From Eledone cirrhosa (taxonomy: Eukaryota), in NCBI GenBank assembly GCA_964016885.1, contig OZ024740.1:321780001-321844000 (forward strand): a stretch of 64,000 nucleotides of DNA. Direction: 5' to 3'. Shown one piece after another: positions 14,509-28,705 of the stretch. The notes beneath the pieces were generated by a model. The model saw only the letters and a program-made list of their open reading frames with translations, had not been told where the DNA came from and did not search any database. Each line of letters starts with the position of its first letter. The stretch's first letter is position 1. Made by a program: the position numbers and the translations under genes.

Positions 14509-14732
14509 CGAGAAGGTGCTGAAAAGTTCCTGACTTTGGTTAAAAGAAAATACTGGAAGATCAGTTTATTATGATTTTATTCAACATATTCCCCTCCCCG
14601 ATGCACACTCTTACTGCAGCAGTCCTTCAATTTTTCTAAGCCCCGTAAAAAGAGCTCGGAAAATTGAGCCTCAAACCAGGCCTTTGTAGCAGCGATCAAG
14701 CCAGGAACTGGGAACTTTTCAGCGTCCCCTCG
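14509..14732 (-). mobile_element. mariner-derived internally deleted element / MITE
   Basis: TIRs cgagaaggtgctgaaaagttcc / ggaacttttcagcgtcccctcg. The minus strand encodes a mariner C-terminus (RGLEKLKDCCSKSVHRGGEYVE*). A sister copy is at 56376-56567. Confidence 0.8.
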
Positions 14733-14972
14733 TATATGTATGTACACACACACATATATATATAACAAACAAAGTTTATCGCTCTTCATGACTAAATATG
14801 ATAAATGTAATCAGGAGTTTTTCGAATATTAATAACATTCGATTTGTTTGCAATTATGCAAACAGCCTCTTTAAAGCCATGGCAGTAGAATGAGACCGTC
14901 ATTCTTGCTCTTGTGTTGCCATGTTTGCATAATTGCAGACGAATCGAATATTATTATTAATATTCGAAAATT

Positions 14973-15162
14973 GGCGGTGGATTGGCAGTATCGGTAGAGG
15001 GTCGGACGCCATGCTTTCCAGCATAGTTACGTCCCTTTACGATCTGAGTTCAAATCCCGCCGAGGTTGACTTTGCCTTTCATCCTTACGGGGTCGATAAA
15101 ATAAAGTACCAGTAATGCACTGGGTAATTGCTGGCCTTGTGCCTAACGTAGAAACAATTATT
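14973..15162 (+). mobile_element. tRNA-derived SINE (~190-bp family), inserted into a small fold-back element
   Basis: ggtggattggcagtatcggtagag...GAGTTCAAATCC...gtcgataaaataaagtaccag...aacaattatt. The flanking duplication taatattcgaaaa looks like a TSD. Copies at 43880-44066, 50235-50333 and 60097-60678. Confidence 0.85.
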
Positions 15163-15590
15163 AATATTCGAAAAACTCAGATTATATATATATCTAAGGC
15201 GGGTAAAATTCCCGAGATCCATGGACGAGTTCTCTCCAGCGGTCTCTGTCCCTCATTATCGCTGCCATGTCCTGCGTCTCCAACAGACCAGTGTCTGTCC
15301 TTAGGGCATCAACATACGTTAATCTTGGTCTTCTTCTTCTAGTGTGTCCATGTGTGTGTGTGTGTGTGTGTGTGTATAGCTCTTTTGGTAGCTGAAGCTT
15401 CCCAAATTTGCTGTGAGTTTCTTGTTTCCAATCTTTGGCAATAATGAAAATTGGAACAAAAGATAGATGTTTTACTTAGGGAGATAAATCCTCAAAGGTG
15501 TAAAAAATAAATCATTAAAAATATCTTCCGCGTGTTGATTCCAGTAAAATTCGGAATATGAAAATGAAAAGAACGTTTGCTTGACGGATT

Positions 15591-16985
15591 TCAAAACAGT
15601 TTATCATTAGTGACGTAACTTGGGAGAAAATTATCAAGTAAATATTTGTGAGCGTACCTGCAGGAATCTAATAGTTCGGATCCTTCAGTTAATGCCTGAG
15701 AGTTTTGGAATAAAATGAAACATTTCTCGACTGGCAACAAACTGTGTCTTGTGAAATTCTCCATTTTGTTTTTAAAGCAGCCGGGCTGAATTCCCCGAAG
15801 AACCAAATGTACTTGGACAAACTTGTCCAGAACTGCTTTACTAGATGTTTGAAAGACAGTATTTATTGGTAAAAAATTTATTTTAAATTTATTTTCAGCA
15901 AAACTGGTATAGGCCTTAAATACAGTGTTGCTGTCTGTCTGTAACTTAGAGGGATATACCAAAGATAACTGCTGTTGAGTGGGCAGTAGTTATCTGTAGC
16001 AATGCAATTACAGGTATGAAGGGATACTGTGTTATTGTTGTTAGAGAGTATTTTAACATTGAATCGGTTGATAGAACAGGCACAATTCTTAGACGCAGAA
16101 TGGCTAACTTGGACTTTACTTCAGCAAAAAATTTATGGCTTGTCGGAAAGTGAAAATAAATTAAATTTAGAATTCTTTTGCGATATTTATTATTACATTT
16201 AAACTAAAATTGAATTATACCACAGGATATTTTAGGCCTGCCTTTACTATTTGAAAATTAGAGGAGGTGGTGTATTGAATTTTATCTGAAAAGCCACTTT
16301 TACATAAAACTTCATTGTAATAATGAGAATCGCTAAAATGTGTGCGTTCATTCGAGAATAGTATGAAGACGTATGCTTACTAAAATTAGAAATTAGATTT
16401 CGAAGAATAATTTACGAGCGATTTGAATTCTTATCGATATAAAATAATTTCTCCTAAATATCCCTCCATTTAAACTGCTTTTCATTAAACCCTTTATTTT
16501 ATTTCATTATTTGTTGTTCAATATACACAGTTCTATCGACTCTTTGTCTTCTTATTTTCTAGTCTTCTCTCTTCTCTTTAGTCTGTCCCATTCCTCTTTC
16601 TTTATGCTTCTTTAATTTTAATTTTTTTAAATAGTTTTTAAAAGAAATTTTATATATTTTTTCACTATCTTTTTAATTTGTGTTCAACGGTTCGACGGTT
16701 ATATGGTCAACCAATAAGAACCTTTACCCTAATAATATTACCCAATGAAATCACGACTAGTTATTCAAATTTTTTTTTTAACTATTAACATCTGTCTTAT
16801 GTTCTATTCTTCGTTTTCGTCCAACGATTGGAAACATGCAGTCCAGAGTAGCTTTTTGGAACGTTTCATCTTCCAATAAAATATTAAACTCTACTTTCAG
16901 TATTGAGTACGCTCTTTTGTCCATACTATACACTGTGGTTAAGATGGTAGCTTTGCAGTCATGTGGTTTGACCAAGTGTCTTTTT
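15591..16985 (-). pseudogene. Decayed Penelope-like element: RT N-terminal remnant, thumb region, linker and C-terminal GIY-YIG endonuclease (Hydra-clade-like, from recall)
   Basis: Frameshifted minus-strand translation gives, in order: TTVYSMDKRAY; YIDKNSN..IIL; YNEVLCKSGFSDKIQY; NILWYN..HFPTSHK; TCNC....CPLN; VY..AYTSFAENKFK; TSLSKYIW...KWRI; EKCFIL...SELLDSCRYAHKYLL. Confidence 0.7.
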
Positions 16986-17032
16986 GTATGATTGGAATTT
17001 AGTAGGCGGGAATTCTGTGGAACCGCGTCACA

Positions 17033-17108
<76 letters not shown>

Positions 17109-17507
17109 TGTATGTAAATATGTATGTATGTATATAAATATTATGTATGTATGTGCGTATGTATGTATGTACGTATGTATGTATGTATGTAAGTATGTAT
17201 GTAAGTATGTATATATGTTTGTATGTATGTATGCATATATATATATACACACACACATACACATATCTATATATGAATATGTGTGTCTGTATTTATTGTT
17301 CATCTCCCGTAACTTAGTGGTTCAACACACAGACATGAAATAAGTACTTGACTTGAACAAATAAGAACTAGGGCCGATATGGTCAACTAAATGCGTTCAA
17401 GGTAGTGCCACCAACATGGCCACAGTCAAATATATATTTATACATACATACACACACATAGTTACACACACACACACACACACACACACATATGTATATA
17501 TATATAC

Positions 17508-18395
<888 letters not shown>

Positions 18396-18577
18396 CTTAT
18401 ATATACACTCAATCTTCCAGGTGAGGGTGACACCTTTCAACCACGCCCGAACTCCTTTAGCATTTTTCGTAACATTTGATTGCGTCTAGTATTTCTCTCT
18501 GTCCCAGATTTCATTGAAGGAACAATTACTGAAGGTTTGATAGGAGAGGAAGGGACCTTTTAACTTCGTTTACCTCT

Positions 18578-19060
18578 CAAGGTAAGCCAGATAAGGTATA
18601 GGTAAGGCGATAGCCGAGTATGGCGGTAGTCAGGTAAGCCTCTAACGAGGTAAGGTATAGGTAAGATGATAACCAGATACACCACTAGCCAGGTATGGCT
18701 CAGGTAAGACGGTAACCAGGTAACCCACTAGCTAGGCAAGGCATAGGTATGACGGTAGTCAGGTAAGCCACTAACCAAGTAAGGCATAGGTAAGACAGTA
18801 ACCATGTAATCCACTAAATAGCTAAGGCACAGGTACGACTGTAATAAGGTAAGCCACTAACTAGGTAAGGTATAGGTAAGATGATAACCAGGTATGCCGC
18901 TAGTCAAGTAATGTACAGGTAATACGGTAACCAGGTAAGCCAATAGCCAGGTAAATCATAGGTAAGACGGTAGAAGGTATGCCACTAGCCAGGTAAGACA
19001 TAGGTAAGTGGGTATTCAAGTAAACCAGATAAGACGATAGCCAAGTAAATCAGATAAGGT
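18578..19060 (+). repeat. Degenerate ~43-bp minisatellite built from AGGTAAG motifs
   Basis: Unit is approximately aggtaagccactaacc-aggtaaggcat-aggtaagacggtaacc, about 11 units. Confidence 0.85.
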
Positions 19061-19329
19061 GAAAGCCAAACACACCTGAGATGAGAAAACTATAAAATCC
19101 TTCCCCACGCACTCAGTCAGTCGCTACGGATGACTGACTTGTGGAATTATGTCAACAGGTTGTCATCACACGCGTGCACACACATAGGTACAAACAACAC
19201 AAAAGTCACGTGGTGAACCAAATATGCACAAAAACAAAAGCTATATATATATATATATATATATATATGCATACACTTACATATATAAGCATATGTATAT
19301 ATATTACATACTTACACATACACACACAC

Positions 19330-19382
<53 letters not shown>

Positions 19383-20187
19383 GGAAAAAATGAAACGAAA
19401 TTTCATTTCCCACTCTTAGTACGACTGTTACTTAAATATAAGTATGTACACGTACATACATATATGTGTACAGACGTACAGTAGTATGTATATATATATA
19501 CATACATGCACACATATATATATATGTACGTATGGATTCACCGAACATTTATTATAATGCTCGGTGTGTTTGTGAACAAACATCCCGTATTAAGCCGTAG
19601 TGTCCAGCAACCATCGTTGCTCGTTTGTTCAACACTGACAAAGGAACGCTGTACTAGTTTCAAGCTTATTAGCTATCGTCAGCAACGTATACCTTCCTGC
19701 CAGATTGTTGAACGTATATACTTACCTTATGCATATTAACAGCTGAGAAGCCCAATTTGCATATCGAGTGGGTTAATCGGCCGGGTGCACCGAAAACGAT
19801 AAACGGAAAAAATGAAACGACAATTCTTTTAAAAAAGAGTTTTATAATGTATATAAAGTATATAAAGTATGACTGGTTTCGATGTATTATAAAATTCATC
19901 TTATCAAATGTTGAGTATTACAATTAAAAAGATTAATAAGAATTAAAAACTAAAAATTAAAGATTTAAAATTAAGTGTTGAGAGGCAAGTTTTTTTCATT
20001 TTCCTTGTTGAGAAGGAGACTGGAAAAATGAAATCTTGTGTATATAAAGAGAAGTGTAGTCATGTATATATAATACATACGTACATAACACACACACACG
20101 CACACACATACATACACACACATATAAATATGTATATATGTATATATAAGTTTAGGAATAACCAAAGAGTGCTTAGAAATACATTAT

Positions 20188-20246
20188 TTTATTTGCTAAC
20201 AGTGTTTCATCCATACCCTAGGGCAGGAATCATCAGAGCCTATAAA
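20188..20246 (-). ncRNA. Type I minimal hammerhead ribozyme (GUU site)
   Basis: TTTAT ag GCT CTGATGA t TCC TGCC ctag GGTA t GGA t GAAA cactg TT AGC aa ATAAA. Intact core, stem II, minimal stem III, and stem I with an internal loop. Confidence 0.65.
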
Positions 20247-20594
20247 AAAAAGTATATCAAAGGTTGCAGGCTCCATCGAGCTTAGTCACCAGAACAAGGA
20301 AGAAGGACAAGTAGGGGGGCACTGCTTGTGAATTGATGTGTCTATGCTTGGTTTGTTTTTTGATCATGCTCAGTAACACCCTCATTCATTTCTTGCTCTC
20401 CTCTATCAACCTCCTTAGGATCTATTGCACCATTTATGTGATAAACTTTTGATGTATTTTTTTTATGATGTAATTTTTTATGACATTATATGTATCATGT
20501 ATTGTGTGCTCCCCCCCCCCAACCCCCTACTTGTCCTTCTTCCTTGTTCTGGTGACTAGGCTCGATGGAGCCTGAAACCTTTGATATACTTTTG

Positions 20595-20653
20595 TTTATA
20601 GGCTCCGATGATTCCTGCCCTATGGTATGGATGAAACACTGTCAGCAAATAAA
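20595..20653 (+). ncRNA. Hammerhead copy with core variant CCGATGA (GUC site)
   Basis: tttataggct CCGATGA ttcctgccctatggtatggat GAAA cactg TC agcaaataaa. Confidence 0.55.
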
Positions 20654-21143
20654 ACAATGTATTTCTAAGCACTCTTTGGTTAATCCTAAACTTATAACGG
20701 CTCTGTAGTATACTAGTTATCCTACATTGAGCTAAAACCACACTGTCATACCAAGGACAATATATCTGTGTGTCTGTGCACATTAGTATATTTGTCAACG
20801 AAACTATATGTATATATATATACTTACATACATACGGTTGATTTAAGAAGCTTCGGAAAAATTTGAAATGTCGTCGTCCCAACGCAGACGACTATAACAA
20901 TACTGGCTCACTATAAATAATAGTTGAAAACAATCAAGCAAAATATCCCTAGTAGACGGGGAAAAGTTGAAAGAAGCGGTTGCGTGGAATCGAAATCTGC
21001 CTCTCGGATTCCGGGCAAGTATATTAACCAATACGCTAAATGGTCGCTGTCCACAAATCCCGTCTACGTGGGTCGGCTGAAATGTTCATACGCTGATAAA
21101 GATACTTTCATGTAATGTGAATAAATAAGGTTTATTTCTCAAC

Positions 21144-21380
21144 AAAAAAAATTTAGATTGTGAAGAAAGAATGGAATGTAAAATGAGAAAATATAAAAAG
21201 AAATACGGGAAAGGCAGGGAAAGGAAAGGGCTCTAGTGTCACAGAAGAATGGGAAGGTAGAGGGGGATTGGGCTCTGGGCCTAGGGCGCGGTAGTAATGG
21301 GGCTGCACTCCGCAGACGAGACCGCAAAAGCATTTCCAGCGAAACTCGCTGCAATAGCCACCACACCTCGCTGGCTTGCG
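21144..21380 (-). mobile_element. CRE-like RLE 3' end nested inside a mariner-like relic (~21065-21440)
   Basis: Minus strand EVWWLLQRVS../GNAFAV. The host begins with TIR-like cgtgggtcggctgaaatgttc and resumes after the insert. Confidence 0.45.
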
Positions 21381-21798
21381 GTCCACACACTTCTTTTATC
21401 GGTGTTGTAGTGCTTGGATTCCATTGGTGGTTTTTCATCCTATAATATATATATATATATATATATAAGTAGAAGTTGTATTTAATTTGTTGGAAGTCCG
21501 ACAAACATAAATGTTTATAACTGATTTAGAGCACTCAACAAGTTACTGGAGTAAATATTCAATGATATTAAATAAATGGAAACTATATTTATAAAACCAT
21601 ATTTATTTTATTATATATATTTCAAGGACAACCAACACAACATTGGTACGCTTTCATCAGATAAAATACAAAGTTTGTTTTATAAATAGAGACGTACCCA
21701 TGAAAATCATACCTTATCGGTTGGAAATTCACTGGATAGATTAAAAAATACTTGGCTGGGAACCAGTATCACAGTGATGATCACGTCAAATCTACTGT

Positions 21799-21841
<43 letters not shown>

Positions 21842-21938
21842 TGAAATATCAATGATGGTTGGAAAATCACTGACGAAGGACTATTTTTATCATATGTAAC
21901 CCATGTGCAAACCACGCAGTATTCTTCTTTCTTCTCAT

Positions 21939-21994
<56 letters not shown>

Positions 21995-21995
<1 letters not shown>

Positions 21996-22075
21996 TGTTT
22001 TTTAATCTCGAGGAACAGATGATAGCCAGATGGGGGCCAAATCAGGAGGACTGGGACTTAGAAGATTTTAGGCCT
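21995..22075 (-). mobile_element. mariner transposase fragment
   Basis: The minus strand reads SP.DLAP(fs)SGYHLFLEIKKH, resembling the YSPDLAPSDYHLF catalytic motif. Confidence 0.6.
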
Positions 22076-22327
22076 GTAGCCAGAAGTACAAACATCCGGT
22101 TGAATTAAAAAGTATTGGGTGTTCGATTCTTCACAAATGTCTCTGTTCACTCTATTTCGTCTCCCACAATACTGTACACGATAGACTGTTATTATTGTCA
22201 CCTGCGGTGGGTCGACTACATTTCAATATAGATACATAGATGTATGTAGACACATGGACACAAACACACATGGACACACACACACACACTCACACATACA
22301 TATATATATTCATATATACATATATTC

Positions 22328-22427
<100 letters not shown>

Positions 22428-22496
22428 GCATATATATATACATACACACACGATATACTCACACATATGCATGTATACATAATTACGTATATACAT

Positions 22497-22533
<37 letters not shown>

Positions 22534-22544
22534 CACATATGTAT

Positions 22545-22607
<63 letters not shown>

Positions 22608-22639
22608 TACATATATTACATATATTCATGCATGCATGC

Positions 22640-22747
<108 letters not shown>

Positions 22748-23126
22748 CTAGGCACGTGGCATGTACTATGAGTGTACATCATATTTACTCATCAACTTAA
22801 GAAAAATAAAAATAAAAGAAAAATGAACGAAAAGAAAATTGGTTGGGAGTGAATGAGTCAAGGTATCGTGTAACACAATGCTTGATTATGGTGGTGGTGG
22901 TGGTGATAGTGGTGATGGTGGTGTTAGTGGTGGTGGTGATGGTGGTGTTAGTGGTGGTGGTGGTGGTGGTGGTGGTGGACACACATATATCTATATATAT
23001 AATATATGATATATATGGATGAGAAGTTACTAGTCAAGACTCGTAAGACCATTATTCAACTTAGAACTTCATACTTGAGGGAAGTAGAATGCACATATTA
23101 CACGATATATTGCTCCAGGGTCAAGG

Positions 23127-23202
<76 letters not shown>

Positions 23203-23689
23203 ATAATAAGACTAAAATCCAAAGAGGGCTCGATATATATATAATATATATAAGGATAAAGATATATATTTAGGCATGCATATATCATCATCATAATCAT
23301 TATCATCATATAGCGTCCGTTTTCTTTGCTAGCAAGTGTTGGACGGGGTGCCACAAAACGAGTCAATTCTCAAACGGAGCTATTGACCTCGTGTTCTCCG
23401 CATCCTGCTTACATATATTAAAATACTCTACCGACTGTATTTTTTCGTGTTCCCAGCACTAGGGAAGTAGTCATGTCTTTGACAAATCCGAAGAGTTCTC
23501 CTGGCCCTTTGTTTAATAAGTTCTTTAAAGGATGTACTGGGTGCGTTTATCGTGTAAATCACCAACAATATAGAGGTTGTCGTTGTATTCTTGACACAAT
23601 CCAGGGGTCCTCTTGCGCCGAAGTAGTTAAGACTGGTGAGTCAAGATTTAGAGGTAGAGGCATGGTCTTGGATAGATTTGGGTGATGAT

Positions 23690-23845
23690 AGGCGGCGAAT
23701 TGGCAGAGTCGTTAAGATGTCGGATAGAATGCTTTACGGTATTCGCCCCACCTCATTGTCCCCTATGAGTTCAAATCCTGCCGGGGTCAACTTTGCCTTT
23801 CATTCTTTCGAGGTCGATAAAAAAAATATCAGTCCAGTACTGGGG
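23690..23845 (+). mobile_element. tRNA-derived SINE (diverged relative of the 190-bp family)
   Basis: ggcggcgaattggcagagtcgttaag...GAGTTCAAATCC...gtcaactttgcctttcat...gtcgataaaa. Confidence 0.75.
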
Positions 23846-25079
23846 TCTATTCTCCCTCTATAGTAAAACTCGGCTGTATTCAGATCTGGAGAGGGTTGGG
23901 CTCCGCCAGGTTTAAATGTGCCCTAGACACGCCGTATGACGGTGCCTCTATGAATCCACAAGGAGTTATGGGATCTTTATCCTTTATCCTTTTACAGTGA
24001 TGGTGTGAAAAGCTGCTAAGAGTGAGAGTGGAAGGATAGTGGGGAATGGACCATGTCACATCTTTAATGCATGTAGACAAGTCTTTGGCCAATCTCCGTG
24101 GTTCTTTGTCATCTATCTCTTGAGGTTCAGCTTCATCCCATGACTTCCTTGGTCTATTTCTTTCCTAAGTGTAGTTGTGGTTTGGTGGTTTGGTTGTTTG
24201 GTTGTTTGATGGTGGGGAGGGGGGTGGGTGTAATGTTGGTGTCGCCTTTAACTGATATTTCTTTTAGCACTTCTATATACAGTTGTCATCTTCCATACGG
24301 ATCACATTTTCGTACAAATGTCTTCTTTCTTGCACACTAAGTATAATTCAACAGAGAAAGAAAGAGAGGAAGAGAGAGGAAGAGAGGGGGAGAGACGGAG
24401 AGAGGGGGAAAGAGAAGGAGAGAGAGGGAGAGAGGGGGAGAGACGGAGAGAGAAAGAGAGAAAGGGGAGAGAGTGGGAGAGACATGGCAAGAGAGGGTGA
24501 GAGAAAGACATATATATATATATATTATAATACCATTATATATTTTAAAGGATTGTAAATAAAACGAGTAAATCAGACAAAGTTGGAATTCCTCTTATTA
24601 ATATAATCTTCTATACACAATCATACACACCCGTGTATATTTACCTATCTATATCTATATATATATATATATGTATATATATTATATATCCTTTCTTGGA
24701 CATTTGAAACCGTGTTTTGGCTACAGCCGATTCGTTCTTCTCGGAGAGATAAATAAATAGATTGGCTGGACGGAGATGGCAATTGATATACACACACATA
24801 CACACATATATATACACACATACACACACATATATATACACATATACATACACCCATATACATATTCATTCACACATACAGGCATACACACTTATGGTTA
24901 AAATAAAGATGGCGACAACAGCAATGAAAACAAGAAGAAGAAGAAGAAGAAGAAGAAGAAGAAGAAGAAGAAGAAGAAGAAGAAGAAGAAGAAGAAGAAG
25001 AAGAAGAAGAAGAAGAAGAAATGACATTAGTAACAACAACACCTAAACAACAACAAACTACTACAGTACTTTAACGTCT

Positions 25080-25308
25080 GCCAATGGCTAAGTTGAACTT
25101 TGTTTTAGACCACAGAGGACCAGAATTAATGCTGCGAAGTATTCTATTTACCGCCTTTTTTCTTGTAGTGAGCTCCGCGAGGTGGAGTAGCTGTTTCAGC
25201 GCGTCTCCTCCGGGGCAATCCATTCTCCATCGTATTGGCCGGGAGCCAGGGGTAGAGGGCAAGTTAGTTGGTGGTGGCGTATATTCGTTCGGATATATTG
25301 AAGCCTAA
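25080..25308 (+). mobile_element. Second diverged copy of the CRE-like RLE 3' fragment
   Basis: gaggtggagtagctgtttcagcgcgtc...agagggcaagttagttggtggtggcgtatattcgttcgga aligns with the minus strand of 12740-12890. Confidence 0.7.
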
Positions 25309-25408
25309 ATCTATTTATTGAGAATCATAACATTTGTTCCTATTTCTAAAAAAATTATGATGCTCTATCATGTAATTTAATAAAAAAAAATTACACACAC
25401 ACACTCTC

Positions 25409-25458
<50 letters not shown>

Positions 25459-25482
25459 GCTCTCTCTCTCTCTCACTCACGA

Positions 25483-25517
<35 letters not shown>

Positions 25518-25677
25518 TACACACACACAAAATCTCTCTCTCTCACACACCCGCTCTCTCTCTCACACGCACACACACTCGCTCTCTCACGCAATATCTG
25601 TCTCTCTCTCTCTTACACACAGACACACACACACACACACACACACACTCTCTCTCTCTCACTCTCTCTCTCTCACA

Positions 25678-25723
<46 letters not shown>

Positions 25724-25835
25724 TACACACACACACACTCTCTCTCACACACACCCTCTCTCTCTCTCACACGCACACACACTCGCTCTCTCACATACTA
25801 TCTGTCTCTCTCTCTCTTACACACACACACACGCA

Positions 25836-25888
<53 letters not shown>

Positions 25889-26089
25889 GCACACACTCTC
25901 TCTCTCCCCCCCACACACACGCACGCACGCGCACGCATACGTACTTAAACATACACGCATATAAACATAGAAACATGCGTAGATGCATCTAGGTGCAGCA
26001 GGCATGGCTGTGTGTTTAAAGAATGCCTCGTGAGTGGAATTTGCTAGCCGGAAACTGCAGAAACCTGTTGTATATATATATATTTATAT

Positions 26090-27290
26090 ATGTATGTGTA
26101 TGTTTTTGTGGGTGTATGTGTGTCTATGAGCGTGCATGTATGTATGTATATATGCATATATGTGTGTATGTATGTGTGTGTGTGTATGCGTGTATGTATG
26201 TGTGTGAGGTGTATGTATGTATATAAGTATGTGTGTGAGCATGCATGTATGTATATATGTATGTATGTGTGTTTGTATGGGTGCCTGTTTGTGTGGGTGG
26301 GTATGTATGTATGTGTGTGTGTGTATGTATGTACATATGTATTTATGTGTGTGAGCATGCATGTATGTATATATATGTATGTATATGTGTTTGTGTGGGT
26401 GGGTGTTTGTGTGGGTGGGTATGTATGTATGTATGTATGTGTGTGTGTGTATGTATGTACATATGTATTTATGTATGTGAGCATGCATGTATGTATATAT
26501 GTATGTATGTGTGTTTGTGTGGATGGGTGTTTGTGTGGGTGGGTATGTATGTATGTGTGTGTGTGTATGTATGTATGTACATATGTATGTATGTGTGTGT
26601 GCATGCATGTATGTATATATATGTATGTATATGTGTTTGTGTGGGTGGGTGTTTGTGTGGGTGGGTATGTATGTATGTGTGTGTGTGTATGTATGTATGT
26701 ACATATGTATGTGTGTGTGCATGCATGTATGTATATATATGTATGTATATGTGTTTGTGTGGGTGGCTGTTTGTGTGGGTGGGTGTTTGTGTAGATAGGT
26801 ATGTATGTATATATGTGTGTGTGTGTATGTATGTACATATGTATTTATGTGTGTGAGCATGCATGTATGTATATATATATGTATGTGTGTTTGTATGAGT
26901 GGCTGTTTGTGTGGGTGGGTATGTATGTATATATGTGTGTGTGTGTATGTATGTATGTACATATGTATGTATGTGTGTGTGCATGCATGTATGTATATAT
27001 GTATGTATGTGTGTTTGTATCGGTGGCTGTTTGTGTGGGTGGGTATGTATGTATATATGTGTGTGTGTGTGCATGCATGTATGTATATATGTATGTATGT
27101 GTATTTGTATGGGTGCCTGTTTGTGTGGGTGGGTATGTATGTATATATGTGTGTGTGTGTGCATGCATGTATGTATATATGTATGTATGTGTGTTTGTAT
27201 CGGTGGCTGTTTGTGAGGGTGGGTGTTTGTGTAGGTGGGTATGTATATGTGTGTGTGTATGGGTGGCTGTTTGTGTGGGTGGGTGTTCGT
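26090..27290. repeat. Microsatellite-derived higher-order minisatellite (~90-138-bp units, ~10 copies)
   Basis: Anchor gcatgcatgtatg recurs near 26239, 26355, 26481, 26601, 26719, 26857, 26981, 27071 and 27161, together with gtttgtgtgggtggg. Confidence 0.8.
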
Positions 27291-27624
27291 CTGGGTGAAT
27301 CTGTACGTGTGTGTGACCGTATCTGTGCCTGTGTTTACATCCCGCAAATTACCGATTCGACAAAGTGAGATCGATAAAATAAGTACCAGACTTCAAAACT
27401 GGGGTCGATTATGATCGACTAAATCAAGGCCATGCCCTGCAGTCAGATGACTAAAAAATTAAAAGAATTCATACATACATATATACCTACAAACATACAT
27501 ACATACATATACATACATACATATATATATGTACATACATATATATATATGTACATGCATATATGTTCATACATATACATACATACATACATATATACCT
27601 ACAAACATACATACATACATATAC

Positions 27625-27658
<34 letters not shown>

Positions 27659-27684
27659 ATATATACATACATACATACATACAT

Positions 27685-27717
<33 letters not shown>

Positions 27718-28413
27718 TATAGGTACATACATATATATATATTGTATATATACATTCATATACACACATACATATACACATACATGCATACATATATATA
27801 TATACATACATATATATACGTACGTACATACACACATACATACATACGTAAATACGTACATACGTACACACATACATACATACGCACATACATATATATA
27901 TATACGTACGTACATACATACATACATACATACACGCATACATACATGCATACATACATGCATGCATACATACATACACACATACATGCATATATATATA
28001 TATATACATACATGCATGTATACATACATACATACACACATACATGCATATATACATACATTCATACATGCATGCATACATACACACATACATACATGCA
28101 TGCATTCATACACACATATATACATGTATACATAAACACATATACATATATGCATACATACATACATACATACGCTACAGCTAATTAATACACACACATA
28201 CACATAAGGCTCACTCACTAATTCTGGTTATATTTCTCCCCTTCACTCTCCTTATACACATGTGTAAATATCTCTCTCTCATCACTCCGTCTCCCCCTCT
28301 CTCTCCCACTCCATATATATACACTATATACATCTCTCCCCATAATATTCAGTAAGTAAAGATTCCCTCCCCATGTCACAGTCCTCTCTCCCTATACATA
28401 TGTATATCTATTC

Positions 28414-28469
<56 letters not shown>

Positions 28470-28580
28470 ATGTCTGTCTGTCCCCCCTCTCTCTCTCTCT
28501 CCCTATATCTATCTGTCTATCTGTCTGTCTGTCTTTTGCCTGTCTCTTTGTCTGCCTCTCTCTCTCTCTTTCTTTCTCAC

Positions 28581-28653
<73 letters not shown>

Positions 28654-28705
28654 TATGCCTTTATGGTAAATAAAGAAATCTATCTATCTATCTATCTATC
28701 TATCT

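Larger units (their letters stand above)
20145..20696. mobile_element. Inverted PLE pseudo-LTR pair (arms ~20145-20322 / 20525-20696), each arm carrying a hammerhead
   Basis: The arms are reverse complements with scattered mismatches. TA-rich flanks. Hammerhead motifs are listed as the next two features. Confidence 0.75.

Noticed and set aside
15781-15872. Plus-strand exon-like peptide YLDKLVQNCFTRCLKD resembling small Tim CX3C proteins
   Set aside because: The opposite strand gives a much longer colinear PLE endonuclease match, and no second CX3C motif follows.
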